Below are positions 26,509 to 37,730 of a stretch of DNA of 64,000 nt, piece after piece (within the stretch, counting starts at the first letter, position 1; each line of letters begins with the position of its first letter). Under the pieces are notes generated by a model that made no database searches, was not told where the DNA came from, and saw nothing but the letters and a program-made list of their open reading frames with translations. The translations under genes were made by a program, and so were the position numbers. Source of the DNA: Amoebophrya sp. A120 (lineage: Eukaryota > Protista > Dinoflagellata); the NCBI GenBank assembly GCA_905178155.1, contig CAJINV010000008.1, positions 3,269,498 to 3,333,497 on the forward strand, in the 5' to 3' direction.

Positions 26509-29500
26509 TCAGTCGGTTGCGCCGCGGTCGTTGTTCGCCAGTTCTTCCGCCCCTTTATGGAAGTGTCAGCTTTGAAATCGACAAAGTTGAAACAACTTGC
26601 AAAGCTAAAACGAACGAAACCACGACGCAATCCATGGGGCACCTTTCCGCAAGTTTTCGGGCATAAAATGTGGAAGTGCCTATCTTGCACCAGGGATGTC
26701 ACGTGATGCCGATAACTGTGTGCCTGTTTACCGATAAAAATAGAGCTGCGGAGCATGACAAATAACGCAGCGTTCCATTCTTTGCTGCCAAAATTTGTCA
26801 TGCGCTACTTAGAAATTGGGGGTTCGAATGGACTTTATGGTGCCGGTTTTATGCGACGTGACAGAAGATTATTTCAGCATTCTTGACTTCGAACCTGACC
26901 CTTCCATACTCGTCCGGCAGGGCGTAGTGATCGAGGAAAAACTGCCGCACATTTCGGTAGTGATCGCGATATTGTGAGGACAAACGCGCCCGCCCATACC
27001 CATTACTAAATGAATAAAGTTCGGAACTCAGCTACACAGATCAATCGGCTTTGCGAGTCAGCCATGACACAGGCTTTGACGTTGTAGCCATCATCAATTC
27101 ATCCACTTGCTTATCCTTATTTCGATGGTAGCATGACATTGACATCTTGTTCGTGTTCCGCCTAAGGACCACAAGAAAAGACTTCTCATGAATAGCGGCG
27201 AGAGAAAGTCAAAGTACTACTTATCCGCATGGCAGTTCATCTATGCCAGATTTGAATGCGCGACAAAATCGGGCTGGAGGGTCGGTACGTTTTTACCCAG
27301 GATAAGTGACGCATGATGGTCATAATCACTGCTCCAAGCCCATTGGACAGGACAACCGCGAGAATATCGGCACGCCAGGCGGTGGTGGATACGGAAGCGA
27401 CTAAATGCTGTCTATCAAATGTAAAAATGTCTGGGTCTGGAAGAGTCATGCTGTTTTTGCATGACACAGAAGGTCTGGCATGGGAGCTCTAGCATCACAG
27501 GTTTCGAGAAACTTTCGCAATGCCGAATTTGCATGACAAATCTCCCATTATGGTGGCAGAAATTGGGCAGCTTTTGCTAACTATGCATGAGAGATTTTTC
27601 TGTGTCTTGAAATGCGCATCACAAGTTTGTATTCTTCCAGACCCAGACATTTTTACATTTGATATTGGCCCCTGTGCAGCAAGTGCAGGTCGACGAAATG
27701 TGCGAGCGACAGGAGAGACAGCACCGGGGTATCGCTGCAAAAAACTGTTTCGCGACTGAGAACTACGAAAAGCGCCTGTGCGTAAGACCGCAGGAGAGGA
27801 CGCAAACGAAATTTAATGAATTTACTTTTTATCCTTTTTTCTCGTTCCCTGCTAGAAAAATGCGCCAATGCAGTGCGCAATTTCCAGCCGAGCAGAAAAA
27901 TGGATAAGTAGTTACTCGCTTCATCTACAGAGCTCGGGCACAGCACTCGCAGCATGGCACCGGATTTTCTTTGTCATGCGTGAGCAAACAGGGTCACACT
28001 GCTGATCCTGCAGGAACGGCAACATCCCAAAGTCGCTCTTCAGTTTTTCTTTACAGCAGATACGAAGCCACGCAGGTGTAGTAGAGGCCAATGTGCGTAT
28101 CGAATTTCCAGGCCAACACGATGGCGCCCAGCGCCGCTATGGAAGCGTCAGGTTTGAAATCGTCACAGTTTAATGCATAAAATGCGACACAAAAAGTGAC
28201 TCTATTGCAGAGGACCCACGGGAGGTAGATTATAGTCCTGGTAAGGGTCAAAAGTTGGACTGCTAACTAGCATAACAAAAGGCAGCTCTCTTGCCCTAAA
28301 CCGCATGACAGACTCGCCTCCAGGACCGGGAAGATTTGTCATGCACCGACTACAAACTGTAGGTCTAACTGGTATCCGCTTTATGCATGACAAACTATTT
28401 CAACTTGGACGATTTCAAACCTGACACATCCATAGCCGCTGCGAGGAGTGTAGACCACGCGAAGTTTTTGGCGCCCGCCAGGAAGAGCCGGGCTCCGTGG
28501 GGCTGAAGTATAGAATTCTCAAACGTTGCATTGACTGCTGTTTACATGAATTTTTTGTGACGCAACAATAGAACAAGTGAATCAAGGCCAAGGGGGCGGG
28601 GAGCTTGTGCGCCTTGGATTACCGATGTGGAAACAAGAACGATTCCAGTGCTATCTAGTCCTAGTGCATGGAAAACCTTTCATACGAAGCAGCTTGAATT
28701 TGAATCACAAAGTCATGCAATAATCGTCAAAGTAACGTCTTCGAGTTCCATATGACACGCGACGATGGTACAGTACAGTGAGGCAGGATATCACAACGAA
28801 ACAAAATCCTCTCCATTCACATTGATTCATTCTACACTCGACCTCACCTTTTTTTGTGTAGCACAAGGAGGGTAGTTGCTGTACTAGTCGTAGTAAGTAC
28901 GCGCTTTGTTTTGTCATGCAGAGAACAAATTTCGGTAGAGCAGTCCAAGTCCGGGAGGTGGGAGTGTAGGAGTTCAATACTACTTGGCAGGGCATTCGCA
29001 GCGTCCTCTCTCCCACGAGAATGAATCGGAAACAAAAAGCTGGTCTCTCATGCAAGAGATAATGACGTATAGACATAGTGCCGCAATGCAACGGAATCAA
29101 TAACGCCGCGGCTTTATATATTGCCTTCCTCTTGTTAATTTGTGGGCGCATATCGAATTCGAAATCAGCATGACGCATTTTTTTTCAGAGTGGAGGAACT
29201 AGAGAGGATTTTTCATCTTTCTACAGCAACCTGCAGCACTATTGCGGTGACGAATAGCGCCCGCAATTTGGTCGAATCACCGTAGTACGAGTCCGTGCCA
29301 TTGTATCATGAGAAAAAAATGCCACAGCTACACCTCGTCATCGTTCTCGCCGTGTTGACGAGGGACATCCGAATACTTGGAAATATGACGATCTTTATTT
29401 TCATGCCGGAAGAGCTTGCCTTCCTCGTTTCCTACGTGTTTTCCCGTACCCCGGTCTCCGCATTACAAGTTCTCTTATCCTTCATGCAAGGCAGGTTCTC

Positions 29501-30054
29501 TTTGTGTCGCTGGCGAAGTTTATGAAACAAGTGTGTAGCTGTAGCGTTTTTTTCTTGGATGCGTCCCATTCTTGACCCTCCACCAGCAGCTTCTCCCTGC
29601 GCTCGGCTATCAAATGTAAAAATGTCTGGGTCTGGAAGATTCAAGCTTGTCATGCTAAATCCGAATAATGCAAAAATCTGTGTTGCATGAGTGCCAAAAG
29701 CTGTCCACTTTCGACCAAGTTGGGAGGTAGTTTCTCATGCGGGATAGGCATGGCAGAGACCTCACAGACTCTGTCATGCTCGGCGCCGCATTCCAGACCT
29801 CATGGGTCATGGAAAATCTGCATGACAAATCTCGCAATTTTCCAGACCCAGACATTTTTACATTTGATATCGCCCGTGACCGTCCCAGTGCCGCTGTTGT
29901 CACCACCTTCTTTCCGACTGCCTGTAGAGGTACTAGCTGCTCCTGTATCCTTGCCGAGCAGTGACCGCTCCTCCTCTTCTCCTCCGACATCGACGACGGT
30001 GACTTGTCCTTTCGTGCTTCCAAAGCCACCAGCAACTGCGCTCGTTTTACTCAT
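26509..30054 (-). CDS. Small multi-pass membrane protein of unknown function, ~9 exons
   Basis: Introner removal gives MSKTSAVAGG…EKLLVEGQEWDGTDSYYGDSTKLRALFVTAIVLQ…ELLHSHLPDLDCSPHGARLFLAGAKNFAWSTLLAAALGAIVLAWKFDTHIGLYYTCVASVLSLLSLAHFVDLHLLHRGQHLVASVSTTAWRADILAVVLSNGLGAVIMTIMRHWARLSSQYRDHYRNVRQFFLDHYALPDEAEELANNDRGATD*. One junction (~28980-29230) is unresolved. Confidence 0.7.
26556..26908. mobile_element. TIR introner, TATGGAAG.GTCAG family
   Basis: TATGGAAGTGTCAGCTTTGAAATC / TATGGAAGGGTCAGGTTCGAAGTC; same TIR family as 28138-28434; in-frame +5 join. Confidence 0.75.
27413..27664. mobile_element. TIR introner with a perfect ~31-bp TIR
   Basis: TATCAAATGTAAAAATGTCTGGGTCTGGAAG at both ends; flanks CTGTC/TTGGC; joins HRGQ to HLVAS. 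Confidence 0.88.
27730..28062. mobile_element. TIR introner
   Basis: TATCGCTGCAAAAAACTG / TATCTGCTGTAAAGAAAAACTG; in-frame +5 join of CVA(S/P) to VLSLL. Confidence 0.7.
28138..28434. mobile_element. TIR introner, non-canonical
   Basis: 27-bp TIR with 2 mismatches; perfect GCCGC duplication (28133-28137, 28435-28439). Confidence 0.88.
29608..29869. mobile_element. TIR introner, same family as 27413-27664 but inverted
   Basis: Same TIR; flanks TCGGC/TCGCC; internal sequence aligns to the reverse complement of the 27413 copy. Confidence 0.88.
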
Positions 30055-33000
30055 TTTGTACTTTTAGTTAAGTAAAATCCCAAAGGGAAGTTTCAGTTTG
30101 AATATGAAAAGCACAATAGCAGCGCGACCTGAACAATATCTCGAAAGCACCAGCACTTCCTTTTCGTTATAGTTTTTGACTTATGCCATTGCAGGAAACT
30201 GGCAAATGCGCTCCTGGTCTACTGCGCCTACCCTGTTTGCAACGACAACATTACTCGTCAGCCGCTCTGCTATCGGAAGAAAAAACTGGATTTAGAGGCG
30301 AAGCGTTTGAATCTGTCTTGCTGAAAAAGAAAATGCAAGAAGAAGTCGCATGATTATCTGGCGAGTCCTGCGGAATCATCACAATGGAATATTCATCATA
30401 CATGTGTAAAAACGTCCCCAATCCACCGGCATTTTTATGCAAATGCGCAAACCTAAAACGTTTCTCATGCGCCGCCCCATGAGGACAGTTTTCAATGCTA
30501 TCTGGAAGTCTGTCATGCTATGATCAGGAACAGCTGATCGATTTCTAATGCGGCTGCACTAGGTAAGCACACTTACACTGCGACCCCAAAACTTGTTATG
30601 CGCAACAGCCAAAGCTTACTAATTTGTGTTGTAGCAACAATCTTGCCTCTGAGGTGGGGTTGCGGACGTTTTTCTTTTTACAGAGGATAATTTTATTTTT
30701 TTTCGTACGATATTCTATGTCCTGGTGCGCAAGACGTGGTCGAAAGTACGTGTCGACGAAAACTACATTGCAATCTTTTGATAACAAGCTACGTTTCTTT
30801 CATTCACCCACACAGCAACAACCTAACCATTCAAAAAACTTGAACCTATGGATTTGAGCAAGCACCTTGGTGGGGAGAGTACTAACTTATTAAACAGCAA
30901 GACTCACGCATTTGTACTGGTGCTACGTGTGCGGTGAGAGGGAAATCTATTCCGTCCCGAGAAACGAATTACAAGAGCATGACTACTGCTTGCTGTTCGA
31001 GAGTAAGTGAACGGACCTACAAGATCAAGATGAGATCTTCGTGTACTTAATTACAATAACTACCACGCGAGACTCAATAACGTCCTTGAAGCTTGCGAGA
31101 GTTTTGGTTGCGCTTCCCATCATCAACGACCCGCATGACCTTCAATTCCACCACGTTGTGAAACCCGAAACAGACAAAGAGGACGCGAAGAACACGAGCA
31201 CGACGACCACGAATGAATAACAAAGTGATTACTGCAGCTAGTATGTTGAGTCCTCCAGTGCTATTCCCCTTATCTATTTCTCTCTGTGCAGCTCCACAAC
31301 CACGCGCCCCAGTAATTATATGAGTCGATCTTTAGTATAACGCAAAAGCACCTCTGCCGAACTGACCCACGAGATTGATCTCCGAGCGGGGGAGGGGGAC
31401 ACGATCAACAACGCCAATCTACCACCATTATTTTGAACGGCCTTTCCAAGGTCCGCTATTGCAAAAATCAGTTCTTCTCTGCTACGTACCTCTTACGGCA
31501 GAAAAAGATGAAAAAAGAACATCACCTCCTGTGTGTGAATGTAATGGAGACGGCTTCGAACACACTGCGTTGTAGTAAAGCTGCAGAAAGTGAACCTGCA
31601 CATCGTGCGCCGACTCGCACTCCGGCGCTCCACCCTCGGTTGCTTTTTTATCTTTTTTCATGCGGGGCCGTTCCTTGAATTTTACATTAATGTACAAGCA
31701 GATGGATCTTTATTTTTGGGGGAATGATACAATTCTTGTGCAACAGAAAATTATTCTACTCAGAGGATGCATCTTCTATGCCGACCGGAGCAGGGTATCC
31801 ACGTGAAAAGTGCCCCTACCCCATTATAGCCACAACTTGAATGCTTTTGCATGGCAAAGCTTCTCCATGGTGGAAGCGCTCGTGATCTTGCAGTAGTAGC
31901 TGCATGCACGCTAGCAACTCCTAGTGATTCTTGATGGACAAGGATACTTATCAGCAAGTGAGAACTGGTTCGCGAAAAAGCCCAGCACTTGCGGTACCTC
32001 TCGTGCGAGGAGTGCTTTGCCTGCCTAGAGTCACGGTGTGGGGCAGAGACCTCGCAGTACTTTCATATAAAAGTTACCACTTTTTTTCTGGAAACACTGC
32101 GCGGCAGAACTAGTTGCCACTTCTGGGGACGGGGCACTTTTCACAGTGGTAGACAGGACCTCGCCTTCGAGACATAAAATAGTCTTCATCCATCTGATTC
32201 CTACACCTGGTGAAATAGAAATTTACAACACCAGTAGCATGTTGGAAATACAGACTATTTCAAAGTACTCGACACTCTTCGAAAAATGGAATCCAGCGGA
32301 GAAGCTCGGTGGAACCAACTACATTTACAATCCGGCGGTTGCACACAGACGAGTCTTGGAACGATTAGAGTAGTCGATTGAAGAGAGTCTTGAAAAATAG
32401 TACATACCTTCTTACGTCATGGGGAACGTATCACATCTGGATCTGACATCTGAGAATGAAAAAAAGAAAAACATAGAAGTATGTCATTAGGTTTCGTAAA
32501 AATTGTCTTAGAGTTTAAGATTAAGCAAATGTTAAAAAAAAGTGAATAATCAAAATAAAAACCTGATGAATCGATAATACTTAGTGGAATCGCAGACAAA
32601 GTTCGACTGCGTCAATTCTTGTGTCGTGCTCGTGCTGCTCGTGCTCAGTTTTGATCGCAATATAAAATGATAATTGTAGTAACAAATCTGAATAATGTCG
32701 AAAAAGATGGTTTCCGCTACACATTCACATACATAGTAGTGCTGCTTCTCAATTCCACCAAAGCTAGCGAAAGTTGTAAGTATCAAGCGCACATCTGTCA
32801 TCTGTGTGTGGAAAAGTGCTGTGCGCTTCTCGTAGTGCTGATTCTAGACCTTCGCTACACGCCATACCGCTAAAGCGCCGCTCCGGGTGATGCTACCGCC
32901 TGGCGCCGCCTTAACCGCACGACGCTACGCTTGTAAAAATGGACCACGCGACGGGCCTCGTTGCAAAAAAGAGCCGGCTGGTAGTGCTCGTAGTGCTGCT

Positions 33001-35199
33001 TGTACTGCGATTTTGCAGCCCGGCTTCCCATCCCCACGCTGTAGACAATGTGCATTTATGTCAAGGAAGGATACGGAAATGACATAAAATAGACTGGGCA
33101 AGTACAAGTAATTCGCCATATTTATAATTATATAAGTGATTGAGCCAAGTCGCCTACTTAGTCGAGCTTTTCGACTAAAGAAACGCGACGTCCTCCCAGA
33201 GAAAAGCCTGCGGGCCGGGGGAACGGGCCCGCGCGGGCGGCCTGAAATGTCGGGACCAACGGCTAGAGGCGCAGCACGAGAGGGCCGCCGCTGCATCTGC
33301 CTAGATTGGACTGCCCTTCTCCATTGTGCGGCGTGCGCCGGAGTTTTCGTCTTTATGCGGTACGGCGGCCTTTTCTCGCTCCTGCGTCTTCGGAAGCACT
33401 CTCTTTCCCCCGGCAGCTGCACCAGTACGAGAGAAGAAGGCCCCTGCAAGCGGAAAGCTGCCCCGCCACGGACGCGGCTGTGCTCTCGGCTTGGGCACAT
33501 TGTCGTGGGCGCACAAATGCACCGCGGGGGCCGTGCCCGGGAGGTCACGCGGAACCCTCCCTCCACTTCGGGCCGCAAAAATTGAGCGGGCCGCCACGCA
33601 CCGGCCCTGCTTTTCGTGGTTGGGGGCCACTCGCGACTCTGTGCAAAGTAAGCCCACTCAACTGGGAAAACCAACGCGAAGCAGCACAGAACGCCTGCAC
33701 AGAATAGAGGCCCGGTTGCAGGCATGCTCCCGGCGCTTCTTGCTTGGTCGTGCTCACAGGCGGCGACCCTCGCGAGCGGGCGGCATTACGGCAAAGGGAA
33801 ACATACGCCCCCGCGCCTTCAGCAACGTAAGCGAAGCAGCGGCATGGCTGCCTGACGCGAACCTGGAAGGCTCCGCCGCAGGACGCACGCGCACCCTTTA
33901 GTTTTTCTGTAGTACATGGCTGCGCTAGGGCTTCGCCGCTTGCCCGCGCGGCCACCTCGCCCCCCCCCGCCCCCAGACGCACGCACGCACGCACACTTGA
34001 GACCCCAAACGCTTGGCTGAGGCACGCGGAGCGGGCGGGGAGAAAAAAGCGCGGCGCCAGCATAGATAGCGAGCACGAGGGCCTGCCCGCCCGCGACTGG
34101 GTCCGGCCGAGCCCCCGTCCCCTGCCTCCGCGAGCGCGGGGGCGCTACCGAACCTGAAGCACCGCAGCGAGCAGTGCCCGCGGTGGCACATGCGGGGCCC
34201 TGCTTGTGGAGCAACAAAGACACGCGAGCGCGCGCCCGCGCCAACTCGGGAAAAAAATACGGATGGAAAGCAGCGCGGACGCGCCACTGCGCCGCTTCTT
34301 TCGGAATGGCGGGGCGCGGCGGGAGCACCAAAGCTTCCGTGCGGGCTTCGTTCTGCAGGCCACCCAAAAGCTTCACGGGCGCTTGGCAATGTTCTCAAAG
34401 AAACGCCGCCCTGCAGTTCCATCCAATAACCAAAAAGAGGGCAAGGTGGGGCTGAACGCGGGCCGCTGGCCCGCCCATTCTTTACGCGATGCCTCCCGAC
34501 TTTCTTGTACGAAGCCCGCCACCGCGGCCCTTATGCTACAAATACCTGCCAACGGCTCCTGCCACGGACGGATATTTCTCTGCGGGCACCGCATGCAGCC
34601 TCGCGGGCTGATTCATGTTTGCAGCAGGCAGGCCGCGGCCCGCCCCATTGCCGAGAGGGCCCGGGCGGGCCGGCGATCGCGCGGAAAGTGAGCGCGGCCG
34701 GCGCCTCGCCGGCCGAGCGGCCCTTCTGCGATGGCTTTTTCCGAAACCTCCGAAGGAAGCGCATTCGCTCGGGGCGCCGCGAGGCAAAGCGAACGGCCGC
34801 GGGCCCGACATGTGTTCAGGCGACCTGCCCGGTGGGTAAGAGTGCAGCGCGCGTCGGGCGGCCAACAGCAGCGTGCTATCCACGGCCCCATGCGCGCCTA
34901 TGCATTTGCATCGCGCGCTGCTTTATTATTATTTCCCCGCGCACATACCTAGGCCACTACAAGAATACGATCGCACGCCCGGACCAAATCAAACCGCTGG
35001 CATTGGGGTTCGCACTGCAGCCGGTGCATGCTAGGAGGGCGCACAACACTGCAGCCAACGCGAGCTGCACCATCTGTGCTGGTACTGTCAAGCCTGTCGA
35101 GCGGTATTCAAATTGAAACGCTAGCGCCACTGCCTGTAGGAAGCAAAAGCAGTGCAGTCACACGAAAACAAGTAGGTAAGCATACGGCAAGAGCTTCCG

Positions 35200-36035
35200 C
35201 GCAACACTATGAACCAGAAAACCGCCTGGCGATCTTTTTGAAGTGCAGCGCCTACGACAACCCAAGAAGCAGGCGCGCGCGGCTTAGCGCGCGTAGTTGC
35301 TAAATGTGCGAGCGGCCAGCCGCACGCTATGCCAGCCACTGGCGAAGTTCGCAGGGCACACCGCGTCGGGCGGGCTGAGGTCCTTTTCTTCGAGCCGAAG
35401 CGAAGTTTTTGCCTTTAGCGCCCCGGGTGGCAATTCGGGCGCCGTTGCCAGCTACAGGCAAGAGCTATCGGCAGCGACAAGAAGCTGGGCGACCAACAAA
35501 AACGCGCGAAGTCGGGAGCGAATGAAACTAGGCCGCGCCCGGAGCCCGCGCGCCGGGATTCCTGCCTTTCGGCGCGCACGCGCGTAACACCCCCGGGGCG
35601 CGGGCCGCCTCGCACACAAAGAAAAGGGGGCGGCAGCCTGCAGGCATTGCGCTGCGGCGCCTTCGGTCCGGCGAAACGAATGGCCCGGGGGCGGAGAGCG
35701 CGCACGCGGGCCCGCGAGCCCGGCTGTGTCCGCGCGGGGGGTACGGGGTTTGGCGCCTCGCTTCTAGGCATGCGCCCCCTGACTAAAGGGATAGCGCCCT
35801 TCCCGGGCGGCTCGCTACGTCGCTCCAGGCTCACAGTCCTCTCCAATTTACCATAGCAGAAAAGCAAGCGGCCATGGTTGGTGCTAACGGACGAACAACT
35901 TCGCTCCGCCCAGTCACCACACTCGGGGACCGGCGTGACGCAAACGGCGCACAGCCGGGAGGACTTCGGCTTCGTGACGGTAAACAAAAAAATTGCAAAA
36001 GGAGTAGCGATGCACTTGAAAAATGCGCCAAAGGG
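35200..36035 (-). pseudogene. Degenerate reverse-transcriptase-like sequence
   Basis: GAFFKCIATPFAIFLFTVTKPKSSRLCAVC resembles the F.V.K…R motif of DIRS/LTR RTs; FAPDFARFCW and GIACGWPLA follow in the expected order; no intact YxDD. Confidence 0.35.
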
Positions 36036-37254
36036 CTTTCATGGCCATAATGCCTGCAGAGCGCGCGAACTCCACCCTTGGCCAGCCGGCAATGCTTCAA
36101 GGTAGGCTTCGCTCAAAACACGCGCCCCGAAATCCCGATCGTCCTGCGTGACAGAATAGTCAGGGGTTCTTACTCTATATAGCCACGCCATCTGCATCTT
36201 TTCCAGGTAGATAGCCAAAAGCTTTTCAGGGTATCCGACCGCCCAACAACATTCGGCCAGCGCGCCTTGGTCACGCATTTTCCCTGTGGGTCTCAAGCGC
36301 CTCGAACCCGCGAGCGACCTGCGCTAGCGGGGAACGCAGCGCGCCCCTGGCGCCAACGCGTTTGGGGCTGCTCGGTTCGCGCTCGCGGAGGAGGACGGCG
36401 CGCGCTATATTTTTTTTTGCGGAAAGGCCGAAATCCCCTGGTGCAGCCTCGCAGACGCTGCGCCAGCATTCATAGAGCCCCAAGCTGACAATCGCGAGGG
36501 CGCAAGCCCAGAAACTGGCGACGGCGGAAATGCGCCCTCGCTTCTTTTCGGTGGCCGAGATACAACGAACTGCCAGAGAGCTGTCGACTGGTCCACGGGT
36601 GGGCGTCTTCTTCAAGGGCAAAGCGCAAGCAGGCTTTCCGGGGGTGGGTGGGGGCTAGCCTGGCCAGCCACAGAACCCCTCGCGCCCCCGGGCGGCTATC
36701 GGGGGCGCGCGCTCGACGCGAAATCGCGCCGGACGCTTCGCAATTCAAGGTCCCCGGAAGCACGCCCAGCGACGGCCCGGCCAAACCAAGTCATGCGCCC
36801 GCGTCGTCATTCGTATCGGGGGGCCCCGGGAAGGGGTACGCAAAGGCGCCCGCCTTGGACGCCCCCCCGAGAATCCCCCCTCTAGGGCCCGTAGTAAGTA
36901 GGGGCTCCTGCGCATTTTTTGCGAATGCTGCGCGCCCCTTCAGCAGCTTCTTCGGAAAGTTCGAGCAGCATGATTAGCCTTGCCGTCCTTGTCCGGATAG
37001 TGCCGCGGGGGTTTCCGTTTTCCTCGTTCGGAAATAAAAAAGAGCGCGATGGCCCTGCTTATGAGAAGACGAGATGCACACGGGCCGCAGCCAGCGCGCC
37101 GACCTCACATCCAGCCCCGTTGACAGGAGTATATGGGGCTGATTGTTCGAAGCGGTGGCCCTTCTGCTCACTGACTAGGGCTTGGGTCGGGCCTCCCACT
37201 TCGCCGGAGTCCGTCGACCACGCCTGTGTGAATGTTAGGCACAACCAGGCGGCC

Positions 37255-37730
37255 TCGGCTTCATAGCAAAAGAAAAATGGCCCAAAGATGCTAGCACGGA
37301 GGAGGCTACTCCAGGCACGAGGCTGCGCTGTGTGTTTCAAAATGCGACAACCCAGACCCTGACGAGCTGCTATCTAATTTGACCAGATACAGGTTGAGTG
37401 GCCATATTCCGTTCTGATGGGTATAAAACGCCGCTTTTCCTATGGAAATACCCACCTGCGCCCCGTTCCATTCCTTCTCTTGCGGAAGTACACACCTGCG
37501 CCCCTAGGCAAAAACCTGCCTGCCTCTCGCACAGATATCTCTGATGGCCCCAGCAGGCACAACATTGAGATACTGACCAACACCAGCCATACGCTCATTC
37601 GACCGCGAGGTCTTTTAGACTTCATGCACATCGCCGAGTCGCAGAGAGCCGCACACACCATACTGAGACGGCCCGGCTTGAGCGCTTTTTTCAAATGCGA
37701 ATGCCAATGCTTCTTCACGGACATATAACG
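37255..37730 (-). pseudogene. Degenerate tyrosine recombinase
   Basis: LVSISMLCLL(G)PSEISV…VYFRKRRN resembles the R.SE box; (R)ILKHTA resembles HxLRHT; GVASSVLASLGHFS resembles the LGH box. Stops and frameshifts lie between them. Confidence 0.55.

Noticed and set aside
26509-28500. Membrane protein as a PAQR/CREST family member
   Set aside because: SxxxH spacing is not met, there is no terminal HxxxH motif, and there are too few TM segments.
32417-32600. AT-rich patch as a mitochondrial insert
   Set aside because: I recognised no cox1, cox3 or cob motif in the translations I checked.
37255-37730. The YR as the mobiliser of the introners
   Set aside because: Tyrosine-recombinase integration does not normally produce variable 5-bp duplications with TIRs, and nothing in the sequence links the two.
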